Shown piece after piece: positions 39,392 through 47,915 of a DNA stretch of 64,000 nucleotides. The notes below the pieces were generated by a model. The model was not told the origin of the DNA. It ran no database searches and worked only from the letters and a program-made list of their open reading frames with translations. Made by a program: the position numbers and the translations under genes. Each line of letters opens with the position of its first letter. Position 1 is the first letter of the stretch. This DNA comes from a virus: positions 1 through 64,000 of IMG/VR virus record IMGVR_UViG_3300012642_000011; one strand, written 5' to 3'.

Positions 39392-40331
39392 TGAATCAGG
39401 CAAGACAAAAGTGGTGCCCGCTGCCATTTTGAGCATTGTGATCGTCGCTATAGTGATAGGTGTTACTATTTTAGTGACCAATCTGATGGGCGGAGATGAA
39501 GAGAACATCAAAGCTGAACTCTCTTCTGATCAAATCAGTGAGGCTAAAACGGAGGCTTCTGAATTCATTCGTGAGGATGGAACTTTTGGTATCAGGTTGG
39601 ATTCTCTCAGTGATAAAAACGTCTGGGAAGCATCATCTGTAATCAATCATGATGGTGTTGACGTTGATCGATACTATGTTTCGCGTTCAGATGTCTATGA
39701 GTCCTTGAGATCAAGGATTTTGAATAATTCTCCTGTGTCTTACAGCACAAATGCTGTTTCTCAGTGGGATAGGCTTGAGGCATCTAAGATGACTGGTTTT
39801 AAAATTAACAATGTCTCTTCTGAAGTTGTTTCTGATCCATATTTCCTTTCTCAAGGAGAAGGGAAGAATACTATTGCAGTTGATATCAAGGTGAATTTTG
39901 AATCACTTCAGAGAGAGTTTCAAAAAACTGCTGATGATGTGAGTTGGGATGGTAAGTTCAATGTGAATGAGCAGACATATAATGATTCTGCAGTGTTGAC
40001 AATGACTTCAGCAGGAAATGGATGGAATGTTTATAATGTTAAAGATATTCAGCATCCTTTCCTTTTGGCTACATGGTCGAACCCCAATATCTCTGACATG
40101 AGTGAAGGGTATGGAGAATTCATCACTGTAGAGCAATGGCAGAGTTCTGCTAAGAAGTTGGAACCTTCTGATCTTCCTAAGCCAACATCAGTTCCCAGCC
40201 CCAATTCCACGTATACAGGTTCGGGTTATCCAGGTATGAAACCTTCAAGTACTCCTTCTAAGTCTGACGCAAAGCCAGAGCCTGCAAATACGAGTTCCCC
40301 ATCCCCTTCTTCAAGCAAAGGAAGTAATTGA
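39372..40331 (+). CDS. membrane-anchored extracytoplasmic protein with Ser/Pro-rich C-terminus
   Basis: Signal anchor VVPAAILSIVIVAIVIGVTILV. C-terminal PSPNSTYTGSGYPGMKPSSTPSKS. Confidence 0.4.
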   Translation: MANWFIDESGKTKVVPAAILSIVIVAIVIGVTILVTNLMGGDEENIKAELSSDQISEAKTEASEFIREDGTFGIRLDSLSDKNVWEASSVINHDGVDVDRYYVSRSDVYESLRSRILNNSPVSYSTNAVSQWDRLEASKMTGFKINNVSSEVVSDPYFLSQGEGKNTIAVDIKVNFESLQREFQKTADDVSWDGKFNVNEQTYNDSAVLTMTSAGNGWNVYNVKDIQHPFLLATWSNPNISDMSEGYGEFITVEQWQSSAKKLEPSDLPKPTSVPSPNSTYTGSGYPGMKPSSTPSKSDAKPEPANTSSPSPSSSKGSN

Positions 40332-40332
40332 C

Positions 40333-40857
40333 ATGAGTAATATTGAGAACAATGAGGAAGAGAACAAGGAAAGAGATCTTTCTATTGATGAGTTCAATTC
40401 CATGATGGGAGTAGAGGAAGTTGAAGTCGTAGAGGAAGAGGAATCTGATCCTTATCTGGAAGATGATTTGAGAAGGTTGAACTCAGATGACTTCTTGATT
40501 GATGGTGATGATTACTCTGCTATTATTGATCAGTATGATGGCATTATCTCGTGGAGGCTTGAAGGCTATAGGGACCAAGATACAGGCGATATCGTCAGTG
40601 CTAAAAAAATGAGGAATGATCCTCCTACATTGATTGTTGAAAACAACAACGGGGATGTTATCAATTTTAAAATCACTCAGGAACTTGCAAGAACACTTTC
40701 CTCATCATTGAATGACATATATGAAACAATGTCAGGGAAGAAGAGAGTGAGTCATTCTACTGACAAGGACATCATTGAGTGGTTGTCTAAAAATAAGATC
40801 AAAACCGGCTTTCTTCTTGCTTTCATTATCCTTTTGATCTTCATGATAGTCATCTGA
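40333..40857 (+). CDS. acidic protein with C-terminal TM anchor
   Basis: C-terminal GFLLAFIILLIFMIVI. RBS AAGGAAG. Confidence 0.4.
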   Translation: MSNIENNEEENKERDLSIDEFNSMMGVEEVEVVEEEESDPYLEDDLRRLNSDDFLIDGDDYSAIIDQYDGIISWRLEGYRDQDTGDIVSAKKMRNDPPTLIVENNNGDVINFKITQELARTLSSSLNDIYETMSGKKRVSHSTDKDIIEWLSKNKIKTGFLLAFIILLIFMIVI

Positions 40858-40893
40858 TATTTCGTTTCAAAGAAGCAATGAAGGATAGATAAA

Positions 40894-41439
40894 ATGTCTC
40901 AAACACGAGTTTCCAAGACGGCTGTCGCAAAATTGAATGTCTCTATTATTGTCAAAACAATTACATTCTCTATTGTGTTAGCGTTCTTGCTGTATACAGT
41001 GATGTCACTGACACTTCTTAGAGTAATTCCTAACACATCTGGTGTTGGTGCATTAGGTGGTCATGTAGCACCTGTGAGGAATAACATTTTCCCTGGAGGA
41101 AATATTACAGCAGGTAATTTTGCAATTGTGAACACTACTCAAGAACAGGGTGAAAGCATTGTTGATCGTGCCCGTCAGTCTTTCATTCCGCAGAAAAACG
41201 TGGCAAAGGTGGAGATTCTTTCTGGACCATTTGGGAAGATCTCTGAATCAGGTGATGGTGCTTTCACTGTTGACAATGTTCCTATGGATGGAGTATTGCC
41301 CCAGTCAGCAGAAGGAAAGAAACTTCTTGATAATGAGTATGTTGCCAAGTGTGTTGAGGGAGCATGTAACAAGGGAGAATTGATGATTCTTCCTGCAAAC
41401 AATGTGTATGGTTTACCCTTAGATGAGGAGGTAAAGTGA
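40894..41439 (+). CDS. secreted or membrane-anchored protein
   Basis: N-terminal TM IVKTITFSIVLAFLLYTVMSL. Confidence 0.4.
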   Translation: MSQTRVSKTAVAKLNVSIIVKTITFSIVLAFLLYTVMSLTLLRVIPNTSGVGALGGHVAPVRNNIFPGGNITAGNFAIVNTTQEQGESIVDRARQSFIPQKNVAKVEILSGPFGKISESGDGAFTVDNVPMDGVLPQSAEGKKLLDNEYVAKCVEGACNKGELMILPANNVYGLPLDEEVK

Positions 41440-41673
41440 ATGAGGTTTGAAGATCTTGTAGGTGAGAAACAAAAAGAGCCTGAGAAGAGAGTAGTTCAAG
41501 ACCTGAAGAGGACAGATAAGAAAGTCAAGGGGATTAAGAAGTACCGTTCATCCTCTGTTAAGCCAAGCACTTTTGTCTTGAACGTGATTTTTGTCAGAAC
41601 CGTTGCTTCTTTGATTGCAATCGGTTTGATTGTATGGTTCGTATGGTGGATGATTTCTCTTTACTCTGGCTGA
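41440..41673 (+). CDS. small membrane protein
   Basis: 77 aa with a C-terminal TM. RBS GAGGAGG. Confidence 0.4.
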   Translation: MRFEDLVGEKQKEPEKRVVQDLKRTDKKVKGIKKYRSSSVKPSTFVLNVIFVRTVASLIAIGLIVWFVWWMISLYSG

Positions 41674-41721
41674 GATCAAAGTTGACAAAACCACAGTGTA
41701 AGGTTATCGTGATGATGAGAC

Positions 41722-42177
41722 ATGAGAAAGGAGGGGGATGTGAACAAAGAGAACATACACAGTATGACTGTCTTGGATACTTTGGTTGCAATGAGATCTT
41801 CCTCTCAAGACGTTTCTTCTGTTAAACAGTTGACTGATCATCTCGAAACTCTTTCTCGTAATAATGAGACTAAAGTACAGCAACATCTCTATTCTTACTT
41901 GAATCAGATCATCATGAATGCGTTAAAGAAGAATAAAGTTGATTCTTTTCTGATTTCCGATATGGAGATCAGAGTGAGGATATATGAGATCGATGGTCAC
42001 TATCGTTGCGCTTTGGCTTTGGCAATTATTCCTTCTTTAGATTTTCCTGTTGATTCTGATGCTATTTTGAAGAGCATTGTTTTTGCTGTGAAGAAGTTGG
42101 GATTGCAGTATTTTGTCAACGATATCTGTATTAATGATAAACAGGCGATACTACGAGGTGATCTGGATGAGTACTGA
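41722..42177 (+). CDS. hypothetical protein
   Basis: ORF. Possible GTG start at 41740 after AAAGGAGG. Confidence 0.35.
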   Translation: MRKEGDVNKENIHSMTVLDTLVAMRSSSQDVSSVKQLTDHLETLSRNNETKVQQHLYSYLNQIIMNALKKNKVDSFLISDMEIRVRIYEIDGHYRCALALAIIPSLDFPVDSDAILKSIVFAVKKLGLQYFVNDICINDKQAILRGDLDEY

Positions 42178-42460
42178 TCCCATTGAGGAGTTCTCGAAGA
42201 ATTCTCTGCCCCCTAAGTTGACAGAGGTAAATAGAAATGCTATTGATAAGATCAACTATCATTTGAAAGAGCATGGGGTTCTATCTCGGGAATCAAGAAT
42301 CGAGTTCGAGGATGATGATGATTGCACTATTGAGGAACTCATTAATGATGCAATGAACGATGCTGTTCATTTTAGCAATGATCTTCATTCTTATAACTCC
42401 ATTAAAATAGAAAAAGAAGAGATGGAAGAGGGAATAGATTACTTCGATGAGGAGTTTTAA
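42167..42460 (+). CDS. hypothetical acidic protein
   Basis: Its start overlaps the previous stop. The ORF track extends to 42113. Confidence 0.35.
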   Translation: MSTDPIEEFSKNSLPPKLTEVNRNAIDKINYHLKEHGVLSRESRIEFEDDDDCTIEELINDAMNDAVHFSNDLHSYNSIKIEKEEMEEGIDYFDEEF

Positions 42461-42467
42461 CATGTAG

Positions 42468-42496
42468 TTGACAGAGAACTCTGTTAGCGATACAAT
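42468..42496 (+). promoter_or_regulatory. sigma-70-type promoter (TTGACA-17nt-TACAAT) upstream of the sigma factor gene
   Basis: Exact -35 TTGACA at 42468-42473, a 17-nt spacer, and -10 TACAAT at 42491-42496. Confidence 0.55.
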
Positions 42497-42553
42497 GTAA
42501 GTTCAGTAAAAGCGGAAACACGCGAGTTAGGTATAGGAGTAGTGGTCTGAGAT

Positions 42554-43489
42554 ATGTCTACTGTAAAGTATGAGTCTATCAGTAAGTTGGATAAGGAAGA
42601 GCAGCTTCGTTTAGGGGAGATTGTTCAGAAGAACTTACCTTTCTATGAGAAGTCTATTGATCCCAATCTGAGTAGTGAAGAGAAAGCAGAACTGCGTAAG
42701 AAGTACTACCATGAGATCAAAGCGTACAATGATGCAACAGAGACTCTCATTAAGGCTAATGTTGGTTTAGTTACGTCTCAGGTTAAGGCTTTTGCAAGCA
42801 AAATTCCATCCTCAACCAGTTATGACGAGGATGACATGATTCAGTGTGGTATGAATGGACTCTTTACTGCTATTCGAAAGTATGACCCATCTAGAGGAAA
42901 TAATCTCTCCACAGTTGCAACATGGTGGATCTATCAGGAGATCACTAGAACCTATAACAAGGAAGCAAAGTTGATCAGGCTTCCAGAGAACAGAGTTGCT
43001 GACAACTCTTACCTGCAGAGTCTTCATAGGGATTTCCCCGAATTGTCCACTGCAGAGATCGAAAGAATGGCTTTTGAAGAGAGAAATCTGACCAGAGAAG
43101 ACATTACTGTGATTTCCAATGCATCTTCTTCCACTATCTCACTGAATGGTTTCTCTGCTGATGGTGATGAGGAGAAAGATATTACTGATCTCATCTCTTA
43201 TAAGTATGCGGATGATAATGCTATGGAGGCTGCTGAGCGAGCAGACGTGAACTCCAAGATCAGGGATTGCTTCCTTTCATTGACTGAAAAAGAGCAGGAT
43301 TGTATTCGTGCTCTCTTCGGTTTAGGAGATGGAAAGAAGAAGGGCGTTGTTACCTTAAAGAAGGTTAGAGCAAAGAGTAAGTATAAATTTAACACGCCGG
43401 AGGAAGTTGAAGAGTTTGGGAAGAAGTCTCTTGTTAAACTTAAAGTGGCACTTGAAAAAAACGGCATTACAAAGAGTGATGTCTTGTGA
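42554..43489 (+). CDS. sigma-70 family RNA polymerase sigma factor (divergent)
   Basis: Region 2-like LSTVATWWIYQEITRTYNKEA and KANVGLVTSQVKAF. Region 4-like ...DCIRALFGLGDG... Confidence 0.5.
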   Translation: MSTVKYESISKLDKEEQLRLGEIVQKNLPFYEKSIDPNLSSEEKAELRKKYYHEIKAYNDATETLIKANVGLVTSQVKAFASKIPSSTSYDEDDMIQCGMNGLFTAIRKYDPSRGNNLSTVATWWIYQEITRTYNKEAKLIRLPENRVADNSYLQSLHRDFPELSTAEIERMAFEERNLTREDITVISNASSSTISLNGFSADGDEEKDITDLISYKYADDNAMEAAERADVNSKIRDCFLSLTEKEQDCIRALFGLGDGKKKGVVTLKKVRAKSKYKFNTPEEVEEFGKKSLVKLKVALEKNGITKSDVL

Positions 43490-43505
43490 GATGAAATTTT
43501 GGTGA

Positions 43506-43814
43506 TTGCTTATGAGTCCAGACAGCAAAAGGATTGATGCTTTCTTTGTATGTATTAAAGTTCCGCAAGAGGAAACACAGTCTTCTGCCGATGCTGTAAT
43601 TTCCAAGTCATTATCCCGATTGTTCTCCCAGCGTTGGGACAGGGTGACAGAGAGTTCAGGATTCGGTGGAGAAATTGTCTATCAGATAGATACTCCTGGC
43701 AGAATGTCTGAGAAGAACTTGAATGATTTCTTCGTTAAGATGGACATCTTCTTAGAAACGCATAAAGAGAAATTTCTTCCACGTTTTGTTCAGAAAGAGG
43801 GTATTGACTCATGA
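43506..43814 (+). CDS. hypothetical protein
   Basis: 102-aa ORF downstream of the sigma factor gene. Confidence 0.35.
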   Translation: MLMSPDSKRIDAFFVCIKVPQEETQSSADAVISKSLSRLFSQRWDRVTESSGFGGEIVYQIDTPGRMSEKNLNDFFVKMDIFLETHKEKFLPRFVQKEGIDS

Positions 43815-45097
43815 GTAACAATAAACCATTGTTCACTAAAGAAACCTTTAAACTTCAACCGATAGAATTCAGGATAGGCGCTATCTTTTCTGATGGTATG
43901 TGGTATACCAAGGAGAAAATCGAAAAGTATACAAAGGCATCCTATGATGAAATCACAGAATGGATTGATCAGGCTGTAAAAGATGGTGTAGTAATCCCAG
44001 CATCTGATGGCTCAAAATCATATCGTATGTCTTATGATTCATTGGTCAAATGGATGAAGGAAAACCGTATAGAGATGGGTTCTCAGATTATCAGTGACAT
44101 CTTCCCTTCACGTGTTTGGGATAAGAAAACTGAAACAGAAGGATTCATTGATGCTCCGCTAAGAGAACTTGGCGTGGTTTCCTTCCAAGCATCCCCTGAA
44201 GCGTTGAAAGTGATTCAGGAAAGATTAAAAGGTATAGCAAAGATTAGAAGCCAAGAGATTCCTGGCAAGTACAAGGCATTCTGTTTGAGTTCTACATACA
44301 TTGCTCCTATCATCAAGTCCACACTTGCTGAATTAGGAGAAGGTAAGGCTAAGACATATGCAAGAGCGATCACCATGAGAAGAGAACTGGTTGATTTCTC
44401 TACTGCATTCTCCCATGGGATCATTGATTTCTATTCTAAGTTCGGGAAGACGTTAGTCAGAAAAGAAATGGACACTATCAAGATCTTCCTTCCTGAACCA
44501 GAGGATCAAGATTCACAGATCATGACGTGGGTTATTGATGCTATTGAAAAGTTCAATCAAGACGCTCCCGTACCATTCTCAGGATACTTGCATTCAGTGC
44601 TGTCAAAAAGGCCCTATGATTTGCCTGTGATTTATCTTGGTAAAGAACTTGCTGAGTTCCAAAAAAACAGGTCAAGAAAAATCAAAGAGATGAGGAAGCA
44701 GCAAGGCAAGCCTGATGACCACGTGTTTTCCAATGAGGAAGTTGCAAGAGCAATGGGACTTCCTATCATTGAGTTCAAGGATTTGGAAGAGCAACACAAG
44801 ATGTGGGTTGAGACTAGGAAGAACACCCCATTGACATGGGATGAAAGTTCCGAAGAAAAAATGGTGGAGTCTTCTATCTATGGAGGTCCAGTCTTTAGCC
44901 ATGAATCAGATGACATCCTTGCTTCAAATATTTCCCATGCTATCATCAAGACAGCGTTGATGACAAGTCGATATGATGAAGCAATCAAAATGATCAAACA
45001 AATGGGCACCAGTGATATTGATATGAATTCTATCAGGACTATTTCCCCCGAGTTTATTGAGTCACTGGGAAGGCACATGGGAGTTGATGATCAATGA
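43811..45097 (+). CDS. hypothetical protein (428 aa)
   Basis: ORF with coupled start. No motif recognised. Confidence 0.4.
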   Translation: MSNNKPLFTKETFKLQPIEFRIGAIFSDGMWYTKEKIEKYTKASYDEITEWIDQAVKDGVVIPASDGSKSYRMSYDSLVKWMKENRIEMGSQIISDIFPSRVWDKKTETEGFIDAPLRELGVVSFQASPEALKVIQERLKGIAKIRSQEIPGKYKAFCLSSTYIAPIIKSTLAELGEGKAKTYARAITMRRELVDFSTAFSHGIIDFYSKFGKTLVRKEMDTIKIFLPEPEDQDSQIMTWVIDAIEKFNQDAPVPFSGYLHSVLSKRPYDLPVIYLGKELAEFQKNRSRKIKEMRKQQGKPDDHVFSNEEVARAMGLPIIEFKDLEEQHKMWVETRKNTPLTWDESSEEKMVESSIYGGPVFSHESDDILASNISHAIIKTALMTSRYDEAIKMIKQMGTSDIDMNSIRTISPEFIESLGRHMGVDDQ

Positions 45098-45699
45098 CCT
45101 CAAGAAGCAGAGAAGATATGGATTTTATTGAAGAGTCCAGAAGAAGGGCTAAACTCGCATCCGGTGAAGTCACATCAGAAGATGAGGTACTTTATTCTAC
45201 TGCTGAAGAATACAATAGAATCCCATGGTGGAAGAGATACATTACATGGTCTGCTTTCTTTTTCATCTGCGCTCTAGTGTCATCTGGTGCCACTCTTGCT
45301 CTCTTCATGGCTTTGGAAAAGGTCTATAGTGTTGATACTATCAAGTACATTCTTGAAAGTGGAGGATTGGTTTACGCTAAAGAGACCAAGGATTATTTCC
45401 TTCTCTCCATTTATGATTACAAGTGGGCGATTATTCTTGGTCTCTTTGCTCTGTTCCTCATGCTTTCCATACTCATGCTGCTTCTTGAATTGAGAAGGAT
45501 TAAAAAGATAGATGATAAAAATATGCTCCTTCAAGAATCCGATAGCGTAGAAGATTCAAAAAGTGATTCTTTGAGTGATGAGGAAGAGCAGTATATGGAT
45601 TCTTTCAACACAGTAGACGAAGTTGAAAATGAGTTTCCTGCAGAAGACACTGATATCGAAAAGTTTTTAAATGATCAGAAGAATAGGAACGGTCAGTGA
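45094..45699 (+). CDS. membrane protein (2-3 TM) with acidic C-terminus
   Basis: FFFICALVSSGATLALFMAL and IILGLFALFLMLSILMLLL. Confidence 0.4.
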   Translation: MTSRSREDMDFIEESRRRAKLASGEVTSEDEVLYSTAEEYNRIPWWKRYITWSAFFFICALVSSGATLALFMALEKVYSVDTIKYILESGGLVYAKETKDYFLLSIYDYKWAIILGLFALFLMLSILMLLLELRRIKKIDDKNMLLQESDSVEDSKSDSLSDEEEQYMDSFNTVDEVENEFPAEDTDIEKFLNDQKNRNGQ

Positions 45700-46391
45700 G
45701 TAACAGGACAACAAAGCAAAAACAGGACTTGAAGATAAAGATTCTAATCGGTATTTTAATTGCATTCCTCATCATCACGATTGGCTTGATTTTCCTTGTC
45801 ATCAATGGTGTCAATAAAGACAGTGTAGTGAAAGACAATAGCGAGAGCAGTCCTGCCAGTAGTAGTCAACAGGTGGATCAGATAAGCAGAACACTGTCGG
45901 GAAAGACTGTTGAAGAAGACAAGAAAGATGCTGTAGAGTCCATAAGAAGAATCATTGAAGAGGCTGCTAAAAACCCTTCAAACAAGCCAGATTTGATGTC
46001 TCAAGTTGATGCTATCGAAAAAGAAGAAGATGGCGTTGTGACAGATGATCTCAAGTCAATGATCAGAACTGATGGATTTGATCCTATTACTAAGAATATA
46101 AGAACTGTCAATACATTGCAGTCTTTGGTTGTTGTTGCTGATGCAGTCAAGGACGAAAAGGGTAAGGTCAATCTTGTCCAAGATGATGCTTGGAATCAGG
46201 CTTTCGTGGATCAGGAAGCAGGGTATGCTCTTGTTCCATTGACAGTATTCCATTCAACAGGAGCATTTGATTTCCATATGGTTTACGTTGAGGGCAAATG
46301 GGAGTTCGCTCCCAAAACATTCATTGATGATGTTGCCAGATTCTCCCAGCAAGCATCTGAATCCCAATCTGAATCCTCCCCATCTTCGTAA
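45696..46391 (+). CDS. membrane-anchored secreted protein
   Basis: GTG start. TM ILIGILIAFLIITIGLIFLVI. Confidence 0.4.
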   Translation: MSNRTTKQKQDLKIKILIGILIAFLIITIGLIFLVINGVNKDSVVKDNSESSPASSSQQVDQISRTLSGKTVEEDKKDAVESIRRIIEEAAKNPSNKPDLMSQVDAIEKEEDGVVTDDLKSMIRTDGFDPITKNIRTVNTLQSLVVVADAVKDEKGKVNLVQDDAWNQAFVDQEAGYALVPLTVFHSTGAFDFHMVYVEGKWEFAPKTFIDDVARFSQQASESQSESSPSS

Positions 46392-46394
46392 GTC

Positions 46395-47834
46395 GAGGAT
46401 TAAATAAGGGTTGGCAACTGTTGCCCCAGATAGTATTCTAAAGTAATTTTGCTATACTATAAGATAAAGACATCAGAACAAAAGAAGGGGGAGAGAATGA
46501 GCACCATTGTTTTACAATATGCCCTCAACCCCACCACAGAACAAGAAGAAAAACTCAAATCCCACAGCGGAGCAGTAAGATTTGCATACAACTGGCTTCT
46601 CAATGAAATACTTGACAACTGGGCAAAAGTCAAAAACAGTGAAACTAATGAGTACCTCAACACCTCATCCTACGCACTGAGAAATCACTTGAACGCCCAC
46701 AAAGAAGAAGTAGCACCATGGTGGAAAGAAAACAGCAAGGAAGCCTTCGCCACAGGAGCCAATAATCTCTCCCTTGCGCTGAAAGGCTACTACAATAAAC
46801 GCACTGGACTCCCCAAATTCAAGAAGCGAGATCTGAATCACTCTGAAGGTGTGACTTTCACAACCGGAACCAGACGTTTAGAGCAAGGGGATAAACACAT
46901 CACCCTGCCACGTTTAGAAACCATCAAACTCCACGAGAAAGCCACTAAAGCGCGATGGTTACTCAACCACGGAGCAAAACTCACTCTCGCCAGTGTTAAA
47001 TATTCGAGAACCCGATGGTTCGTCACTCTTACTTTCAGAGTAAATGAGGATTTAGAGCAGCAATACCACTTGAAGCGCACTAAGAAAGACAAAAAGAGAT
47101 CCGCCATTGGTGTCGATCTCGGTGTGAAGAATCTTGCTGTGTTCTCGGACGGAACTGTGATCGAGAATCCGAGAATATACGAGAAATACTTGAAAAAACT
47201 CCGCCGTTTGAACAAGAGGCTGTCACGTCGTCAAGGTTTGGACAAGAAAACGGGGCAGATGCCTTCACGCCGGTACGAGAGGGCGAAAGCAGATGTGGCA
47301 AAAATGCATGCTAAAATCGCCAATATTGAGGAGGATAATCTTCACAAGTTAAGCAAGAGGCTGGTGGATGATTACTCATTAATTGGCTTGGAGGACTTGA
47401 ACGTGGCGGGTATGGTGAAGAATCATCGTTTGTCTCGTCGTATTGCTCATGCTCAGTTTGGCAAGTTGCGTCAATTGGTGGCGTATAAGTCTGCATGGTA
47501 TGGGTCGAAAACTGTCCTGATTGACAGGTTTTACCCGAGCACTCAAGTGTGTTCTCAATGTGGTGCAAGATCGAAAGTCAAGATCTTGTTGCATGTGAGA
47601 GTATTTGAGTGTGATAATTGTGGTGTTAGGATCGATAGGGATCTGAATGCTGCGATTAATATTGAGAAACAAGCCGTCGCCCAGAGTTGCGGGGAGACGT
47701 TAAACGGTCGTGGAGACGGAAGCGCTGGCTTGGTTTCACCAAGTGAAACTCCTGTCTGTGAAGCGATTAGTGAGAGCAGGATTCTCACAATCGCGTAAGC
47801 GATAATCTATTTACTACTATTTAGATTAACGGTT
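46395..47834 (+). mobile_element. Complete IS200/IS605-family tnpB-only element (IS1341-like), copy B
   Basis: A left-end subterminal imperfect palindrome (ggcaactgttgcc, 46414-46426) lies just after the upstream stop at 46391. The tnpB gene follows. The right end is identical to window positions 1-124. No tnpA (Y1 transposase). Confidence 0.75.
46497..47798 (+). CDS. tnpB: TnpB (OrfB) RNA-guided nuclease, IS605/IS1341 family
   Basis: N-terminal MSTIVLQYALNPTTEQE...FAYNW. C-terminal zinc finger CSQCGARS...CDNCG and RuvC-like ...DRDLNAAINI. RBS GGGGGAGAG before ATG 46497 (the ORF track starts at 46449). Confidence 0.85.
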   Translation: MSTIVLQYALNPTTEQEEKLKSHSGAVRFAYNWLLNEILDNWAKVKNSETNEYLNTSSYALRNHLNAHKEEVAPWWKENSKEAFATGANNLSLALKGYYNKRTGLPKFKKRDLNHSEGVTFTTGTRRLEQGDKHITLPRLETIKLHEKATKARWLLNHGAKLTLASVKYSRTRWFVTLTFRVNEDLEQQYHLKRTKKDKKRSAIGVDLGVKNLAVFSDGTVIENPRIYEKYLKKLRRLNKRLSRRQGLDKKTGQMPSRRYERAKADVAKMHAKIANIEEDNLHKLSKRLVDDYSLIGLEDLNVAGMVKNHRLSRRIAHAQFGKLRQLVAYKSAWYGSKTVLIDRFYPSTQVCSQCGARSKVKILLHVRVFECDNCGVRIDRDLNAAINIEKQAVAQSCGETLNGRGDGSAGLVSPSETPVCEAISESRILTIA

Positions 47835-47850
47835 GATCATGGACTCGATC
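47640..47850 (+). ncRNA. Putative omega RNA (reRNA) of TnpB. It overlaps the tnpB 3' end and the right end. The guide would be the flank immediately after 47834.
   Basis: By analogy with IS605 TnpB systems, where the omega RNA derives from the 3' end of tnpB plus the right end. The right-end sequence is conserved between the two copies. Not directly demonstrable from sequence. Confidence 0.3.
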
Positions 47851-47915
47851 AACCCTTATTTTTGTTAAGATAGTGGTATCGAAAAGAGTATCCTATTAAT
47901 ATAAAGAGGGGCATT

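Noticed and set aside
46395-47834. Composite transposon or autonomous IS605 element with TnpA
   Set aside because: No Y1 (HUH) transposase ORF is present in or next to either copy. The element is tnpB-only. The 46-kb interval is far too large and gene-rich to be an ordinary composite transposon.
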